Assembly: GCA_045541235.1 (NCBI GenBank)
Contig: JAZQIS010000022.1
Span: 8,762-72,761 of the forward strand
Length of the DNA: 64,000 nucleotides
Source of the DNA: Alistipes sp.
GTDB taxonomy: Bacteria > Bacteroidota > Bacteroidia > Bacteroidales > Rikenellaceae
Direction: 5' to 3'
Shown here piece after piece: positions 18,829 to 29,846 of the stretch. Numbering within the stretch: position 1 is the first letter of the stretch; every line of letters starts with the position of its first letter. The position numbers were made by a program, and so were the translations under genes. The notes beneath the pieces were generated by a model, which saw nothing but the letters and a program-made list of their open reading frames with translations, did not search any database and was not told the DNA's origin.

Positions 18829-19563
18829 ATGGGACAAAAGGCATTTTATAATTTTTGTGCAGCACCCGAAAAGGTGGATTTTACCCTGCACGCAACCATC
18901 GAAGCCCTCTGCGCAGACATCCTGAATGTGGCAGGTGCAGATGCCAAGAAAAACGGCATTAGCCCAGATGTTCTGATGCAGCAAAACCGTTCGTGGGTAC
19001 TCTCCCGACTCTCCGTTGAGCTCGATCGTCAGCCCGAGCAGTACGAAGAGTACGATGTGGCAACATGGGTTAATCCCCACTCTTCACGATTTATTTCAAC
19101 ACGTAATTTCGAGATTTCGGACAAGTCGGGCAACATCTATGGCCGCGCCCTCTCGCAGTGGTGCGTGATTGATTTTGTGCGTCGTATGCCGGTAGTCCTC
19201 GAGGAGGTCGAGGGGCTCTTCGACTCCGACTACTACTGCGAAGAGCCGTCGCCGTGCGAGGCTCCACGCAAAGTTCGCGGTATTGTGCCGACTGTAACTC
19301 GCAAGCACGAGGTACGTTATAGCGATATCGACTTCAACCGCCACGTCAATACAATGCGCTATATCCGAATGATGCTCAATACCCTACCGATTGAATACTT
19401 GACTGACAACCGCCCTATGCGACTCGATATTCACTTTGCGAAGGAGTGCCACCTGGGCGAAGCACTTACAATCGGATACGAACAACGCGAGAACACCTCA
19501 CTATTCGAAATTCGCAACGGCGAAGATGCCGTCGCCTGCACCGCAGCGATTGAGTGGAAGTAA
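18829..19563 (+). CDS. Acyl-ACP thioesterase
   Basis: Double hotdog fold; WVLSR and VRYSDIDFNRHVN motifs. Confidence 0.88.
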   Translation: MGQKAFYNFCAAPEKVDFTLHATIEALCADILNVAGADAKKNGISPDVLMQQNRSWVLSRLSVELDRQPEQYEEYDVATWVNPHSSRFISTRNFEISDKSGNIYGRALSQWCVIDFVRRMPVVLEEVEGLFDSDYYCEEPSPCEAPRKVRGIVPTVTRKHEVRYSDIDFNRHVNTMRYIRMMLNTLPIEYLTDNRPMRLDIHFAKECHLGEALTIGYEQRENTSLFEIRNGEDAVACTAAIEWK

Positions 19564-19762
19564 CTGCTTTTTTTTGAGGAGCCAGCGTAATTAACAGATT
19601 TAGGGAGATTAGCAATTGTGCTAATCTTCCTATTCTCATTAAACGCCCTGTGTTCTTTATGGCCGGGTATTGTTTTCGATACCCAAGATTCGTATTGTAT
19701 GAGGGAGAGGGAGACAACATCAGCAAAATAACAGGACCAAATTTGGCAACTATCGCACAAAA

Positions 19763-19790
19763 AAAGGAGCAAGAAATTTCTCGCTCCTTT
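19763..19790 (-). terminator. Intrinsic terminator of the M16 peptidase gene
   Basis: AAAGGAGC...GCTCCTTT hairpin followed by a T-run on the - strand. Confidence 0.7.
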
Positions 19791-19844
19791 GCTAATGTTA
19801 TAGAAATAGATAGTTTTCAGTTATCCGTTTTCCGTTTTTTTTGA

Positions 19845-22667
19845 CTATTTCTCCGGGCGCATTACGACATATGCCATATTGTTATCCTTGAGAATCTTCG
19901 CTGCCAAAGCCTTCAAATCGTCGTATGTAAGCTCCTCGACGGTCTTCTTGTACTCGGCAAGAGAGTTCATACCACGGTAGTTGTAGAGGTCGAGCCAATC
20001 AATCCAAGTACCATTCTGCTGAATTTGATTCTCGTACTCCTTCAAGAGATACTTGCGAGTCTTCTCAACATCCTCCTTGTTAGGGCCCTGCTCGGCAATC
20101 TTCTTAATCTCGTCAATTACAATCTGGCTCAACTCGTCGGCCATCTGCTCGTTGGTGTCGAACAAGACAATCAGCTGATACCAAGGCTCGTAGTCAGGCA
20201 TTACTCGACCGCCGACACCTACACTATAGGTACCACCCTTCTCCTCGCGAATAGAGATAGTATAGCGGCTACGGAGTACCTGCGAGAGGACGTTCATTGC
20301 CACGCGATTCTTCATTGTGTAGTCGATAGGACCGGTATAGATGCGTGTTACACCAACCTTAGGCTGCTGCATCTTAGCCTTGAAGTCGTTCACAACCTCG
20401 CCGGTAACGGTGCGAACACCATCATCAACCTTCTTTGCGAGTTTCTTCGACACAGGGAGCGAGCCAATATACTTCTCTACGAGTGGCTTCAACGCCTCTA
20501 CATCGACATTACCGACGATATATGTGGTAAAGTTTGCTGCGTTCGAGTACAAAGCCTTGTATGCAGGCTCGAGCAACTCGAACTTAACCTTATCGAACAG
20601 CTCTGGAGTAACCTGTTGGCGGCGGAAGTGGTTTCCGTAGAGGGTCTTCTGACGCTGAACAGCCGAAATGTAGTCAGGGTTTGTCTGCAAGTTCTCAACA
20701 TAAGGCTTCAACTGATTCATTGCAACATCGTAGTCCTCCTTCGAGAAACGAGGCTCGGTAAACTGCAAGTAGATAAGTTGCATAAGAGTCTCGAGATCCT
20801 TTGGTGAAGCCATACCCTGAATACCGGTCTCGTAGTCATCCGGAGATAAATGAACACTAACACTCTTACCCGAGAGTTGCTTGCGCAAGTCGGTAGCGGT
20901 AAACTTCGACACGCCCATACGGCCCATAAATGTCGAGAGGAATGACGATGGCCAATACAACTCGTCGCTGAGCGAAGATTGTCCGAAGTGTGCAATCATC
21001 ATCACCTGAACCTCGTCCGCCTTATACTTTGTAGGCTTAACAACCACCTTCATACCATTCTTCAAGGTCCACTCGGTAGTACCAAAGGCCTCATTCTTAG
21101 CCTCCTTCTTTACGGCCGAGCCCTTCAACTTCTTATCAGGCGAGATTAGCGGTTCCTTGACCGTATTGTCTGCATACGGAGCTATAGTCGAAGCCTTCAC
21201 CTTTGCCAGCACCTCTGCAAGCTGAGCCTCGGTAGGATTTACCAACCCCTCTCGCTTTGGAGCTTGAGCAACAAGCACCTGATTGTGATCGGTAATAAAC
21301 TGAGCAACAATCTGATTGATTACCTGCAACGGCATCTGTGTAATAATCATACTGTCGATTTTCCACTCGGTCTCGGCATCAGGCATAGCGGCATTCTTGC
21401 GGAATGCATTCAAATAACGCTGTACATACTGACCATTCTTGCGGTCGTTACGGTTATTGTAAGCAACCTCCTCACGCTTGAGTACGACCTGCTTTGCACG
21501 CTCCAACTCACTCTCGGTAAAGCCGTGACGACGGATACGCTCCAACTCGGTGTATGCAGCCTCCAAACCGGCAAGGAGTTTGCCGTCCTGAGTCTCTACA
21601 CCCACACCTGCACACTCCAATGTTGGACAAATACCCATGCTTCCGTTCATATAGTTTGCACTTGTAAATGGAGCATTTGGTTTCATCGCAATCTCCTGCA
21701 AACGACTATTTGCCATATTGATTGCAAGGGCATTGATAAGAGCCAACTGCTCTGCCAAGAATGTATTATTAAGGTGCATTGGCAAGGCCTGATGCTTGAT
21801 AAAGAGGGTTGCACTTGTCTCGGTCATCTCGGGATCCTCCAGGATGGAGATAATTGGCTCCTTGTTGTCCGGCACTACGATAACCTCCTTCTTCGGTGCA
21901 TCGGCAGGTGACGCAGGGATATCAGCCATCAACTTCTTCAGTTTTGCCTCTACCTCATCTACATTGATGTCACCAACAACTACCACAGCTTGATACTCAG
22001 GACGATACCACTTCTTGTAGAAGTTCTCGAGCGAGGAGTGGTCGAACGACTTCAAACCGTCGAGGTAGCCGATAAGGTTACGGTGCTCGTAGCGAGTACC
22101 CTTGCCGAGAGCCTTCAGCAACTGAATAGTTGCACGCCACGATGCGCCATCACGCATACGCAACTCCTCCATAATTACGCCACGCTCGGCATCAATCTCC
22201 TTTGGTTGCAGAGCGATAAAGTGCGACCAATCGTGAAGGATAAGGAGTGCCGAATCGACAATTCCCGGACGGATTGTAGGGACATCTTTCAAGAGATACT
22301 GTGTATAGTCCCACGATGTACCGGCATTGAGATTAACTCCAAACTTAACGCCTACAGTCTCGAGATACTCGATAAGCATCTTACCAGGCAAGTTCTTAGT
22401 ACCGTTGAATGCCATATGCTCAAGGAAGTGAGCCAAGCCCTGCTGATCATCATCCTCCTGGATGGCACCAACATCGTGCGAGATGTAGAAGTCGGCCAAA
22501 TTCTTCTGCTTGTCGTTGTGACGAAGGTAGTATTTCATACCATTCGGCAATGTTCCCACTCGGACAGCCTTATCCGCAGGGATTACGGGATTCTGTTGCG
22601 CTCCCGGCTGCGCAGCTACCGCGAAAGTAACCAACAACGCGATAACGGATGTAAATAGATGTTTCAT
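19845..22667 (-). CDS. M16 family zinc peptidase (PqqL-like insulinase)
   Basis: Inverted zinc motif GLAHFLEHMAFNG; IREEKGGTYS; signal peptide from MKHLFTS. Confidence 0.92.
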   Translation of the reverse strand: MKHLFTSVIALLVTFAVAAQPGAQQNPVIPADKAVRVGTLPNGMKYYLRHNDKQKNLADFYISHDVGAIQEDDDQQGLAHFLEHMAFNGTKNLPGKMLIEYLETVGVKFGVNLNAGTSWDYTQYLLKDVPTIRPGIVDSALLILHDWSHFIALQPKEIDAERGVIMEELRMRDGASWRATIQLLKALGKGTRYEHRNLIGYLDGLKSFDHSSLENFYKKWYRPEYQAVVVVGDINVDEVEAKLKKLMADIPASPADAPKKEVIVVPDNKEPIISILEDPEMTETSATLFIKHQALPMHLNNTFLAEQLALINALAINMANSRLQEIAMKPNAPFTSANYMNGSMGICPTLECAGVGVETQDGKLLAGLEAAYTELERIRRHGFTESELERAKQVVLKREEVAYNNRNDRKNGQYVQRYLNAFRKNAAMPDAETEWKIDSMIITQMPLQVINQIVAQFITDHNQVLVAQAPKREGLVNPTEAQLAEVLAKVKASTIAPYADNTVKEPLISPDKKLKGSAVKKEAKNEAFGTTEWTLKNGMKVVVKPTKYKADEVQVMMIAHFGQSSLSDELYWPSSFLSTFMGRMGVSKFTATDLRKQLSGKSVSVHLSPDDYETGIQGMASPKDLETLMQLIYLQFTEPRFSKEDYDVAMNQLKPYVENLQTNPDYISAVQRQKTLYGNHFRRQQVTPELFDKVKFELLEPAYKALYSNAANFTTYIVGNVDVEALKPLVEKYIGSLPVSKKLAKKVDDGVRTVTGEVVNDFKAKMQQPKVGVTRIYTGPIDYTMKNRVAMNVLSQVLRSRYTISIREEKGGTYSVGVGGRVMPDYEPWYQLIVLFDTNEQMADELSQIVIDEIKKIAEQGPNKEDVEKTRKYLLKEYENQIQQNGTWIDWLDLYNYRGMNSLAEYKKTVEELTYDDLKALAAKILKDNNMAYVVMRPEK

Positions 22668-22865
22668 TGTACCAAAAATTTGGATTTTAATTGTTGTATA
22701 TCTCCTTTTACGTTTGCTCATTTTTCACCTAAACGCCTTTTACGTACTCTTTATTGCGCAATTTAACTAAATATTGGACGCAGAAAAGACATAAAAACTA
22801 CATAAAAAACGCATTTTCGCACAAATATACAAATTTCTTTTGCAAAGTGCATAATTTCACAACAA

Positions 22866-22891
22866 AAAAGCACCGGCAATGCGGTGCTTTT
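22866..22891 (-). terminator. Terminator closing the nuclease/TonB locus
   Basis: AAAAGCACCG-gcaatg-CGGTGCTTTT. Confidence 0.65.
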
Positions 22892-22911
22892 CTGTTGAGT
22901 CTCGTATGTGA

Positions 22912-24402
22912 CTACTCTATCGTATCAACATCCTCCACAATCTGTTGTGGCAAGACGTAGGAGTCCTCAGGGGTATTTTCGATAACCCATACCACCCAAT
23001 TTGCCCAATCATTCCAAGCTGCCCACAATGGCGAGCCATCATTTTCAGGCTTGTTCGACTCGAATGTTGCCTTCCATGCAACAACAGCCTCCTGGCGTGC
23101 TACAGGGTCCGGCGTAATTGGATACACGTACTGCGGGAAGTTATCCTCGGCCCATTTGATAAGCGCGCTCCACTCAGACGAAGGCGTTGATGGCTCTCGT
23201 TCAAACTCGAAATCCTCGATACGGCTAATTGCCAACTGGTAGGTCGAATAGTCGTCCTCGCCACCTTGGTAGTCGGTGTACTTCGAGTAGATTTGGTAGA
23301 TTGCCAGAACATCGCCTACAGTACCATTCTTTGGCGCGTACTTACCGGCAAAACGCGAATAGCCACTCGTACGGAGCATATAAACTCCGTGATCTGAGGT
23401 ATATTTTGCATCTTCGTTATAGGTAAGACAGATGCTACCATAGAGCGCAACATTATTACGGCTATACGCCAAGTGATACCACGGACGGTTTACAACCTGC
23501 GTAGGGGTGCCATTCGGAGTAGTTGGCAAGGTCTCCTGAATACCGCTTGTGCAGAGCCACGATGGGTAAATCTGCTCGAAAGAACCGTTGTAGAGAGGAG
23601 ATGGAGTGACAACAGTGCCATCTGCATCAGGATAAGGGACACCAGCAAAGTGCACCTTCAAGCCCTTGAAACGAATCAAACGACCGAGGAAACGACGTGT
23701 ATTGCTACCCTGAATCTTACTGTAAGAGTTTGCATCCACAACATATATATCGGCCTTCTCGTCTGTCGAGCTCTCTGTAATAGTATCTTTCTCGCCGGGG
23801 AATACGTGCAGACGCACCTTATTCTGGCTTACGATATTAGAGTTTGCGTAGTATTTATATGTACCCCAAGAGTTGTAACTCGATGTCGGGATATCGCCAA
23901 GCGAGAGCATCATACGGAAGTTGCCGAGGTATAAACCGCGCACCTTCACATATACCCACATTGTTTCGCCCGTTTCGAGGTTGCAAGGATAATCGAGGAA
24001 GAGACCGTTTGTCAGCTTAAGCTCGATTGCCTCGGTGCCATCGAAGATATGAAGCGACTTGTAGATATTACCCTGCTCATCGTTCGAGATAACCTTACCT
24101 TTAATATAATAGTTACCGGTGTTGTACCATCCCTTGGAAATCTCCTTCTCGGTACACTCATCTTCGCTGGCTACGAAGCGGATATACTTGGTTCCATCGA
24201 AAGTACCTGTATCGCCCGTATTGCTGGTATTACCGAATATAGCCTTCAAATCGGCAATGGAGATGTGCTGCAAATCGGGATTGGCAGCCTCGAAGGTCTC
24301 ATCGTTATAGATTACTGTCTCCTCGGGCATCTCAAATTTATTGTAGCATCCCGTCAAAATCAAACCGAGCAGTGCTACCAAAATCATCTTATACTGTTTC
24401 AT
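22912..24402 (-). CDS. DUF5689-like (OB-fold) surface lipoprotein
   Basis: Lipobox LTGC; ISIADLK, IKGKVISNDEQGNIYKSLHIFDGT and LRTSGYSRFA motifs. Confidence 0.7.
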   Translation of the reverse strand: MKQYKMILVALLGLILTGCYNKFEMPEETVIYNDETFEAANPDLQHISIADLKAIFGNTSNTGDTGTFDGTKYIRFVASEDECTEKEISKGWYNTGNYYIKGKVISNDEQGNIYKSLHIFDGTEAIELKLTNGLFLDYPCNLETGETMWVYVKVRGLYLGNFRMMLSLGDIPTSSYNSWGTYKYYANSNIVSQNKVRLHVFPGEKDTITESSTDEKADIYVVDANSYSKIQGSNTRRFLGRLIRFKGLKVHFAGVPYPDADGTVVTPSPLYNGSFEQIYPSWLCTSGIQETLPTTPNGTPTQVVNRPWYHLAYSRNNVALYGSICLTYNEDAKYTSDHGVYMLRTSGYSRFAGKYAPKNGTVGDVLAIYQIYSKYTDYQGGEDDYSTYQLAISRIEDFEFEREPSTPSSEWSALIKWAEDNFPQYVYPITPDPVARQEAVVAWKATFESNKPENDGSPLWAAWNDWANWVVWVIENTPEDSYVLPQQIVEDVDTIE

Positions 24403-24430
24403 AATCTTTCTCTTTTTGCGGTTTGACTTA

Positions 24431-27418
24431 TTAGAAACGGAAATATACATTTACGAAGCAAGTCGTACCAAGCATATAGAAGTACTTCGAGTCGAAGTGT
24501 GTGTAGTAGGTTGTTGCAGGGTTGCTCTGTCCCGGCATCATACCACGAACCTTGCGCATACGCATCTGCTCGTAACCACCTGTACGGAAGCCGTTGTTGT
24601 TAAGGATATTCTTAACCTCCGCGCTAAATCCAAGGGTGTATTTACGCTTGATATACCAGTTCTTACCAACGCTGGCTGCCAAAGTGTAGGCGTGGCCCAA
24701 ATCCTCCTCGGCACGCATCTTGGCAACCTCTTGTGCAGCCCAAATCTTTTGGGCAGAGTTGCTATTCTCCGAAGCGAGGACCTTTGCGTATGGAACCACA
24801 GCATTGTTTGTACGATATGCCGGGTTCATCGAGAGATACAACTTGTCGTAGTAGTTGAAGTTAATCGAAGCAAACCAGTTCTTTGGACCACGGAAATCGA
24901 GACCTACATTCACTGCAAACTGCGGTGTGCTCTCAACGTAGAAGCCTTTCCAATAGACCTTATCCTCCAACTTAATCTTGTTGCTGTTATCAACAGTCTG
25001 AACAAAGTTAGGGTTCGACGTGTAGCGATAGTCACCGTAGTTCAATGCACCCTGCAATGCCAAACCGTTCCAAATTGGAACACGTACAGCAACCTCGACA
25101 CCCATATAACGCTTGTCGATATTACTCATCGCAAAGTTTGTAAACGAAGCCTGTGTATCATCATAGAATGAGATAACCTTCGATGCGTTTGTCATCTCGG
25201 TAAAGTAACCTGCTACACGAGCCTGCAAATATGGCAAATTGAGGTTATAAACCAACTCCGCGCTATATGCCTGCTCCGGAGTCAAACCAGGAGTGACGGT
25301 ATTACGGGTACGAGGTGACACAAATGCCGAATTGAAGGTTGGAGCATCCTGTACAGCACCCACGTTCAATGCCAAGTGGTGAGCCTGCGAGAAGCGGTAA
25401 GAGAATGTAGCCTTAGCCTTGTAGGTCAAGAAATTCAAGTGCTTGGAATCGCCCTTCGAGTTGTCCACAAAGAGTCCCTTGCGCCACAAACCCTGACGCC
25501 ACAGACCTGTGTAACCGAGCTCTGCACCTACATTCATCTCGAATCCGCCTACGCGATACTTGTACATTGCCCAAACCTGCGCCTGACGAAGGTGAGCGTA
25601 GTAGTCGTACGAGAATTTATCGCCCTCACGAACAATACGGGCGTGACCGTGCTCATTGTAGTAGTCGAGGTCGTTCTGATACTTGATTGGGTCGCTACCC
25701 ATATCGCGCTCTGCAAACTTATCTACATCAACCCAATAATCTCCACCGAGCAAATCCTTAATCTTGTCGTAGTACTCGGTACGATTTACGCGAGCCTTAA
25801 CACCTCCAAGAATATGGTGGTTTCTATCGAAATCGTGGGAGATATTTGCCACGAAGTTGTAGTCGATTTGGTCGGTGTGACGCTCCTCAATCATATAGTT
25901 AGAACGGTGTCCTTGCGCGTAAGGCGAGGATGTGCCGTTTCTGTTCGAGTTAATCATATTGTCAAAGTCGATGCGACCATTCCACACCGAGCGAGCCTGG
26001 GCTGCTGCCTCCAAATAGGAGTAAATCTGGCTATCACTCGATCCTGTAAAGATTCCAGGGATGGCAGCACCCGGTGTGCCACTACGCAAAGCATTTACGG
26101 CCTCCATAACGAGTCCACGCTCCGCCAAACCCTTATTATTATTCGCGAAGAATAATCCGAAACTACCATCATACTCTCCATTACCATCACCATCAGCGAC
26201 AAGAATCTGTGTAGTATAGTTCGATGGGAGGAAACGGTAGTAGTCAGGACGTGGGTCCGAGCCCTCTTTCCAGGTGAGAGCCGAATATCCGTTGAAGCCA
26301 AAACGCACCGATGTAGCTGCCGAGAAACGAGTCTTTTCGTTGATGTCGTAGTAGTAGTTCAACATCACGATAGGCTCGTGCGAACGACGTACGCGGGTAT
26401 TACGCATCTTACCATCCTGAAAACCTACGTTAGGGTTGTAGTAGTTGCTACCGAACATATCGTAAGCCTCCTGTGTAGAGGCCTGCTGTGCGCCACGCTG
26501 CTGCGGAGTACCGAGCACCATCAACGAGAGGCGGTGCTGAGGGTTGAACTGCTTTTCAACAGCCGCAAAGTAACCATAAGAGTTGTAATAAACGCCATCA
26601 ACATAGCCATTTCCACCCTGACGTGTCGAAACCGAGAAGGCGTATGACCAACCACTGTCGAGCATTCCCGAAGCGTACGACAAAATTGCACGGAAATTAT
26701 ACATCTGGTTACCACCCGATACACTTGCACGGAAGCCTTTGCGCATTTGCGAAGCACGAGCGTTGATATTCGTAGTTCCGCCAAAGCGGCCAACGCCATA
26801 CTCCGTTGTGGTCAAACCTGCTACATTCTCCTGATTACGTGTAGCATCGTTCATACCACTCCACAACGACCACGGTCCATAGCCTGTGTTTGCATCATTA
26901 AAGCGGATACCATTGAGATATACATCGGTATATTTCGAGTCAAAACCACGTACATTGAATCGCATCTCGCTGAATCGGTACGAAGCAATATTGTTATACA
27001 AATCCTTCGATGCCGAAAGCGTAGAAGGCAATGCCGGCGAATCGGCCGACGGAGAGTCGGTATCGAACTCGGCAAAGATTGCATCATCAACCATCTCCTC
27101 GTGCAACGAGCGAGGTACAACAATTACTGCATTGATATTCTTCACATCATTCTCAACCTTGACAACAATATCAAGATTCTCGAACTCGGGAGCAGTAAAG
27201 GTCAATCTGTAGTCACCTGCAGGCACGCCCTTCAGCTCAAAATAGCCGGCATCGTTGGTCGTGGCCTTGTAGTCGGTACCCGAAATTGTTACTGCTGCAT
27301 TTCCAACGGCTGTTCGGCCGTCGCGCGACAATACTCTACCCTTCAGACCTCCTCCTTGCGCGAGAGCAGTCGAAGCGAGCAATGTCATTGTTGCAATAAG
27401 TAAAAATCTAAGTCTCAT
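24431..27418 (-). CDS. TonB-dependent outer-membrane receptor with N-terminal carboxypeptidase-regulatory-like domain
   Basis: Signal peptide; plug FNVRGFDS..VYLNG; beta-barrel ending in YFRF (C-terminal Phe). Confidence 0.88.
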   Translation of the reverse strand: MRLRFLLIATMTLLASTALAQGGGLKGRVLSRDGRTAVGNAAVTISGTDYKATTNDAGYFELKGVPAGDYRLTFTAPEFENLDIVVKVENDVKNINAVIVVPRSLHEEMVDDAIFAEFDTDSPSADSPALPSTLSASKDLYNNIASYRFSEMRFNVRGFDSKYTDVYLNGIRFNDANTGYGPWSLWSGMNDATRNQENVAGLTTTEYGVGRFGGTTNINARASQMRKGFRASVSGGNQMYNFRAILSYASGMLDSGWSYAFSVSTRQGGNGYVDGVYYNSYGYFAAVEKQFNPQHRLSLMVLGTPQQRGAQQASTQEAYDMFGSNYYNPNVGFQDGKMRNTRVRRSHEPIVMLNYYYDINEKTRFSAATSVRFGFNGYSALTWKEGSDPRPDYYRFLPSNYTTQILVADGDGNGEYDGSFGLFFANNNKGLAERGLVMEAVNALRSGTPGAAIPGIFTGSSDSQIYSYLEAAAQARSVWNGRIDFDNMINSNRNGTSSPYAQGHRSNYMIEERHTDQIDYNFVANISHDFDRNHHILGGVKARVNRTEYYDKIKDLLGGDYWVDVDKFAERDMGSDPIKYQNDLDYYNEHGHARIVREGDKFSYDYYAHLRQAQVWAMYKYRVGGFEMNVGAELGYTGLWRQGLWRKGLFVDNSKGDSKHLNFLTYKAKATFSYRFSQAHHLALNVGAVQDAPTFNSAFVSPRTRNTVTPGLTPEQAYSAELVYNLNLPYLQARVAGYFTEMTNASKVISFYDDTQASFTNFAMSNIDKRYMGVEVAVRVPIWNGLALQGALNYGDYRYTSNPNFVQTVDNSNKIKLEDKVYWKGFYVESTPQFAVNVGLDFRGPKNWFASINFNYYDKLYLSMNPAYRTNNAVVPYAKVLASENSNSAQKIWAAQEVAKMRAEEDLGHAYTLAASVGKNWYIKRKYTLGFSAEVKNILNNNGFRTGGYEQMRMRKVRGMMPGQSNPATTYYTHFDSKYFYMLGTTCFVNVYFRF

Positions 27419-27436
27419 ACACTTTATTTAATAAGA

Positions 27437-28498
27437 TTATTTTGCAATGTAGATATAGACAGGCAAGTGGTCGCTATATCCGTTCTGGAAGTTGGTTCCT
27501 ACGAACGAACGCAACGGATAGTTTCTGTATTGGCCCTCCTGCTGTATCATATATGGACGATAGAAGATATTGCCGTAGAAGGTCTTAGCTCTCTTCGACT
27601 TTTTCTCAATCTTCTCGGTCGGTTTCGATTGAATCTTCAACGCTCCGGTCGAGCCTGTTGCCAAGTTCTCCGATACTACGATATTGTCAAACAGGTTCCA
27701 CGCATCGCGATAACCCAAAGTACCATAGCCGGCCTTATACATATCGTAGAATGGATTATACATGTCATTCTTATCCAACTTCTTGATATTGCCCTTTGCG
27801 CCGAGAACGTCGGTAACACTCTTGTCGGTAGCATCGTCGTTAAAGTCGCCCATAATTACAACCTTTGTGTTCGGATTATTCTTGCGCACCGAGTCGCAGA
27901 TATGTTTGCACTTTGCAGCTACAAAGTCACGCGAGAATTGCGAACGCTCCTTACCACCCAAGCGCGAAGGCCAGTGTGAAACGATAAAGTAGAATGGCTC
28001 GCCCTCAATCTTTCCCCACATTGCAACAAGGTCGCGAGTAAGGAAGTTTGGCTGACCAGGGAAGGAGATTTTGTGCGCCTCAGAGCCTTCAATCTTAAAT
28101 TGGTCGGGACGATAGAAGAATGCACAATCCACACCACGACGATCCGGTGAATCGTAATGAACAATACGATAGTTGGTCTTTGCGAGGCGAGGTGTAGCAA
28201 GCAAATCCTCCAACACAAGGCGATTTTCAATCTCCGACACGCCAATCACAGTAGGGAAATTTTTGTCCTCTGCTGCAAGGTCGAACAATACTCGCGACAT
28301 ATTGGCCTGCTTTTGGTTGTAGCGGTAGGTAGTCCACTTACGCGCACCTTCGGGGAGATACTCCTCGTCATTCTTGTTTGGGTCATTGATGGTGTCGAAC
28401 AAGTTCTCAAGGTTGTAGAAAACCACCTTGTAGGGCTTCTGTGCGAATGCCACCAACAACGCCGCAGCAAACAATACTGCTAAAATTGTTTTTCTCAT
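27437..28498 (-). CDS. Exported endonuclease/exonuclease/phosphatase (EEP) family nuclease
   Basis: FYNLENLFD, GVSEIEN, HWPSR, MGDFND and YSDHLPV motifs. Confidence 0.92.
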   Translation of the reverse strand: MRKTILAVLFAAALLVAFAQKPYKVVFYNLENLFDTINDPNKNDEEYLPEGARKWTTYRYNQKQANMSRVLFDLAAEDKNFPTVIGVSEIENRLVLEDLLATPRLAKTNYRIVHYDSPDRRGVDCAFFYRPDQFKIEGSEAHKISFPGQPNFLTRDLVAMWGKIEGEPFYFIVSHWPSRLGGKERSQFSRDFVAAKCKHICDSVRKNNPNTKVVIMGDFNDDATDKSVTDVLGAKGNIKKLDKNDMYNPFYDMYKAGYGTLGYRDAWNLFDNIVVSENLATGSTGALKIQSKPTEKIEKKSKRAKTFYGNIFYRPYMIQQEGQYRNYPLRSFVGTNFQNGYSDHLPVYIYIAK

Positions 28499-28548
28499 AA
28501 GGTTTTAATTGTTATTTATTAGTTTTTTCGTTTATCCTCTCGTTAAAT

Positions 28549-29784
28549 TTATAATCCCCAATCACTCAGATTCTTTTGTGACTTCACCTCATTCGAAATT
28601 GAACTCTTCAGATTGCGGAAGAAAACAAATCCGGAGCGTCGTTCAATCTCGGCCACAGTCGTTGCTGCATCAGCAGGGGTTGTTTCCACTTCGGAGGCGT
28701 TATTCTCGTATAAAAACGCTATACACTTTAAGTCTTCAGCCGAGGTTATATCAGAGATGTTCTTTCCTGTGTTACCACTCTTTGTACGCAACACAAGCTT
28801 GTAGGCGTGTGATGGAACCAATGTTGTACGACCATTTTTCGAGAGGGTTCGTGTACCCTCAAAGAGTGTTCCCGTAACCACAAAGAGTGTATCGGCACAA
28901 GCCCAACCACGCACCTTACCCTCGAGATTAGACCAAGAGCCACCATTAAAGTCATACTCTTGTGGCATAATATTGGTCGAATAGAAGGTCTGCGCATTGG
29001 TATTGAATGTCATATAGCGCGTTGCCGATGGTAGCATATGTCCTCGTGCATAGCCACTACCATATGTCGAGGTTGCATACCACTGTTGCTCCTGCGGAAT
29101 CACAGGGGAGGTGTAGTTGTAGTGCAAAACTTTGTAATATGGCGACGAAGATACATACTCGCACACAGCATCATCGAAGGCCCACGCATCGGTACGACCA
29201 TTCGAGTTCTTAGCCTTGTAGTTACCTCTATCCATATACATTTTATGAACAGGATATGCTACCCAATGCGACACAAGTTTCTCGGTATCGTAGCATATCG
29301 AATAGTTTCGTACGCGCCTACCACCCGTAGTCTGCGTATAGTAGGTCTTATAGACCAACGATTTACCACTCTTTTGAGCCGGCTGCTCGGCCCAAGGACG
29401 GTCATATGTAGGGTTGTCTGTCATTGACAACTGACGAATTGTAAATGTATTGGTATAGCCATCCGTAAAGGTGATACGCACCACAGCCCGACGCTCTACA
29501 TCGCCCATATTTGCCGTAAGTTTTATTGTAAAAGGATTGCCAACATATCCCGATTGTGATACAAACGAGCAGAAATCGCCACCCTCTATCACCTGTAGAA
29601 CCCAGAGGTAAGAGGGGTCTCCGGAGGTCGTTCCCGTGATAGAAGATGGATGATAAGTAAGCAATGCCCCGCTTAGTTGCGCCTTCGATTTATATGGCGA
29701 CCACTCATCGTCATATTCGCAAGCCGTAAAAGCAAACGCAAGCATCAACACAGCCACTACGCTACGGTTGATGCTTTTGAACAT
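28549..29784 (-). CDS. DNA/RNA non-specific endonuclease (His-Me, NucA-like) lipoprotein with N-terminal BACON-like domain
   Basis: Lipobox FTAC; NYSICYD, ARGHMLP and TNIMPQ...FNGGSWSNLE motifs; start uncertain (29784 or 29814). Confidence 0.9.
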   Translation of the reverse strand: MFKSINRSVVAVLMLAFAFTACEYDDEWSPYKSKAQLSGALLTYHPSSITGTTSGDPSYLWVLQVIEGGDFCSFVSQSGYVGNPFTIKLTANMGDVERRAVVRITFTDGYTNTFTIRQLSMTDNPTYDRPWAEQPAQKSGKSLVYKTYYTQTTGGRRVRNYSICYDTEKLVSHWVAYPVHKMYMDRGNYKAKNSNGRTDAWAFDDAVCEYVSSSPYYKVLHYNYTSPVIPQEQQWYATSTYGSGYARGHMLPSATRYMTFNTNAQTFYSTNIMPQEYDFNGGSWSNLEGKVRGWACADTLFVVTGTLFEGTRTLSKNGRTTLVPSHAYKLVLRTKSGNTGKNISDITSAEDLKCIAFLYENNASEVETTPADAATTVAEIERRSGFVFFRNLKSSISNEVKSQKNLSDWGL

Positions 29785-29846
29785 AAATTTAATCGTGTTT
29801 CGTATATCTCTCATCTATCGTAAAAAATCGTCTAAAAAAATAGTAC

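Noticed and set aside
19730-19790. Group IIC intron 5' end (GTGCG right after a terminator on the - strand)
   Set aside because: The following sequence does not resemble a IIC domain I, and there is no domain V/VI or RT.
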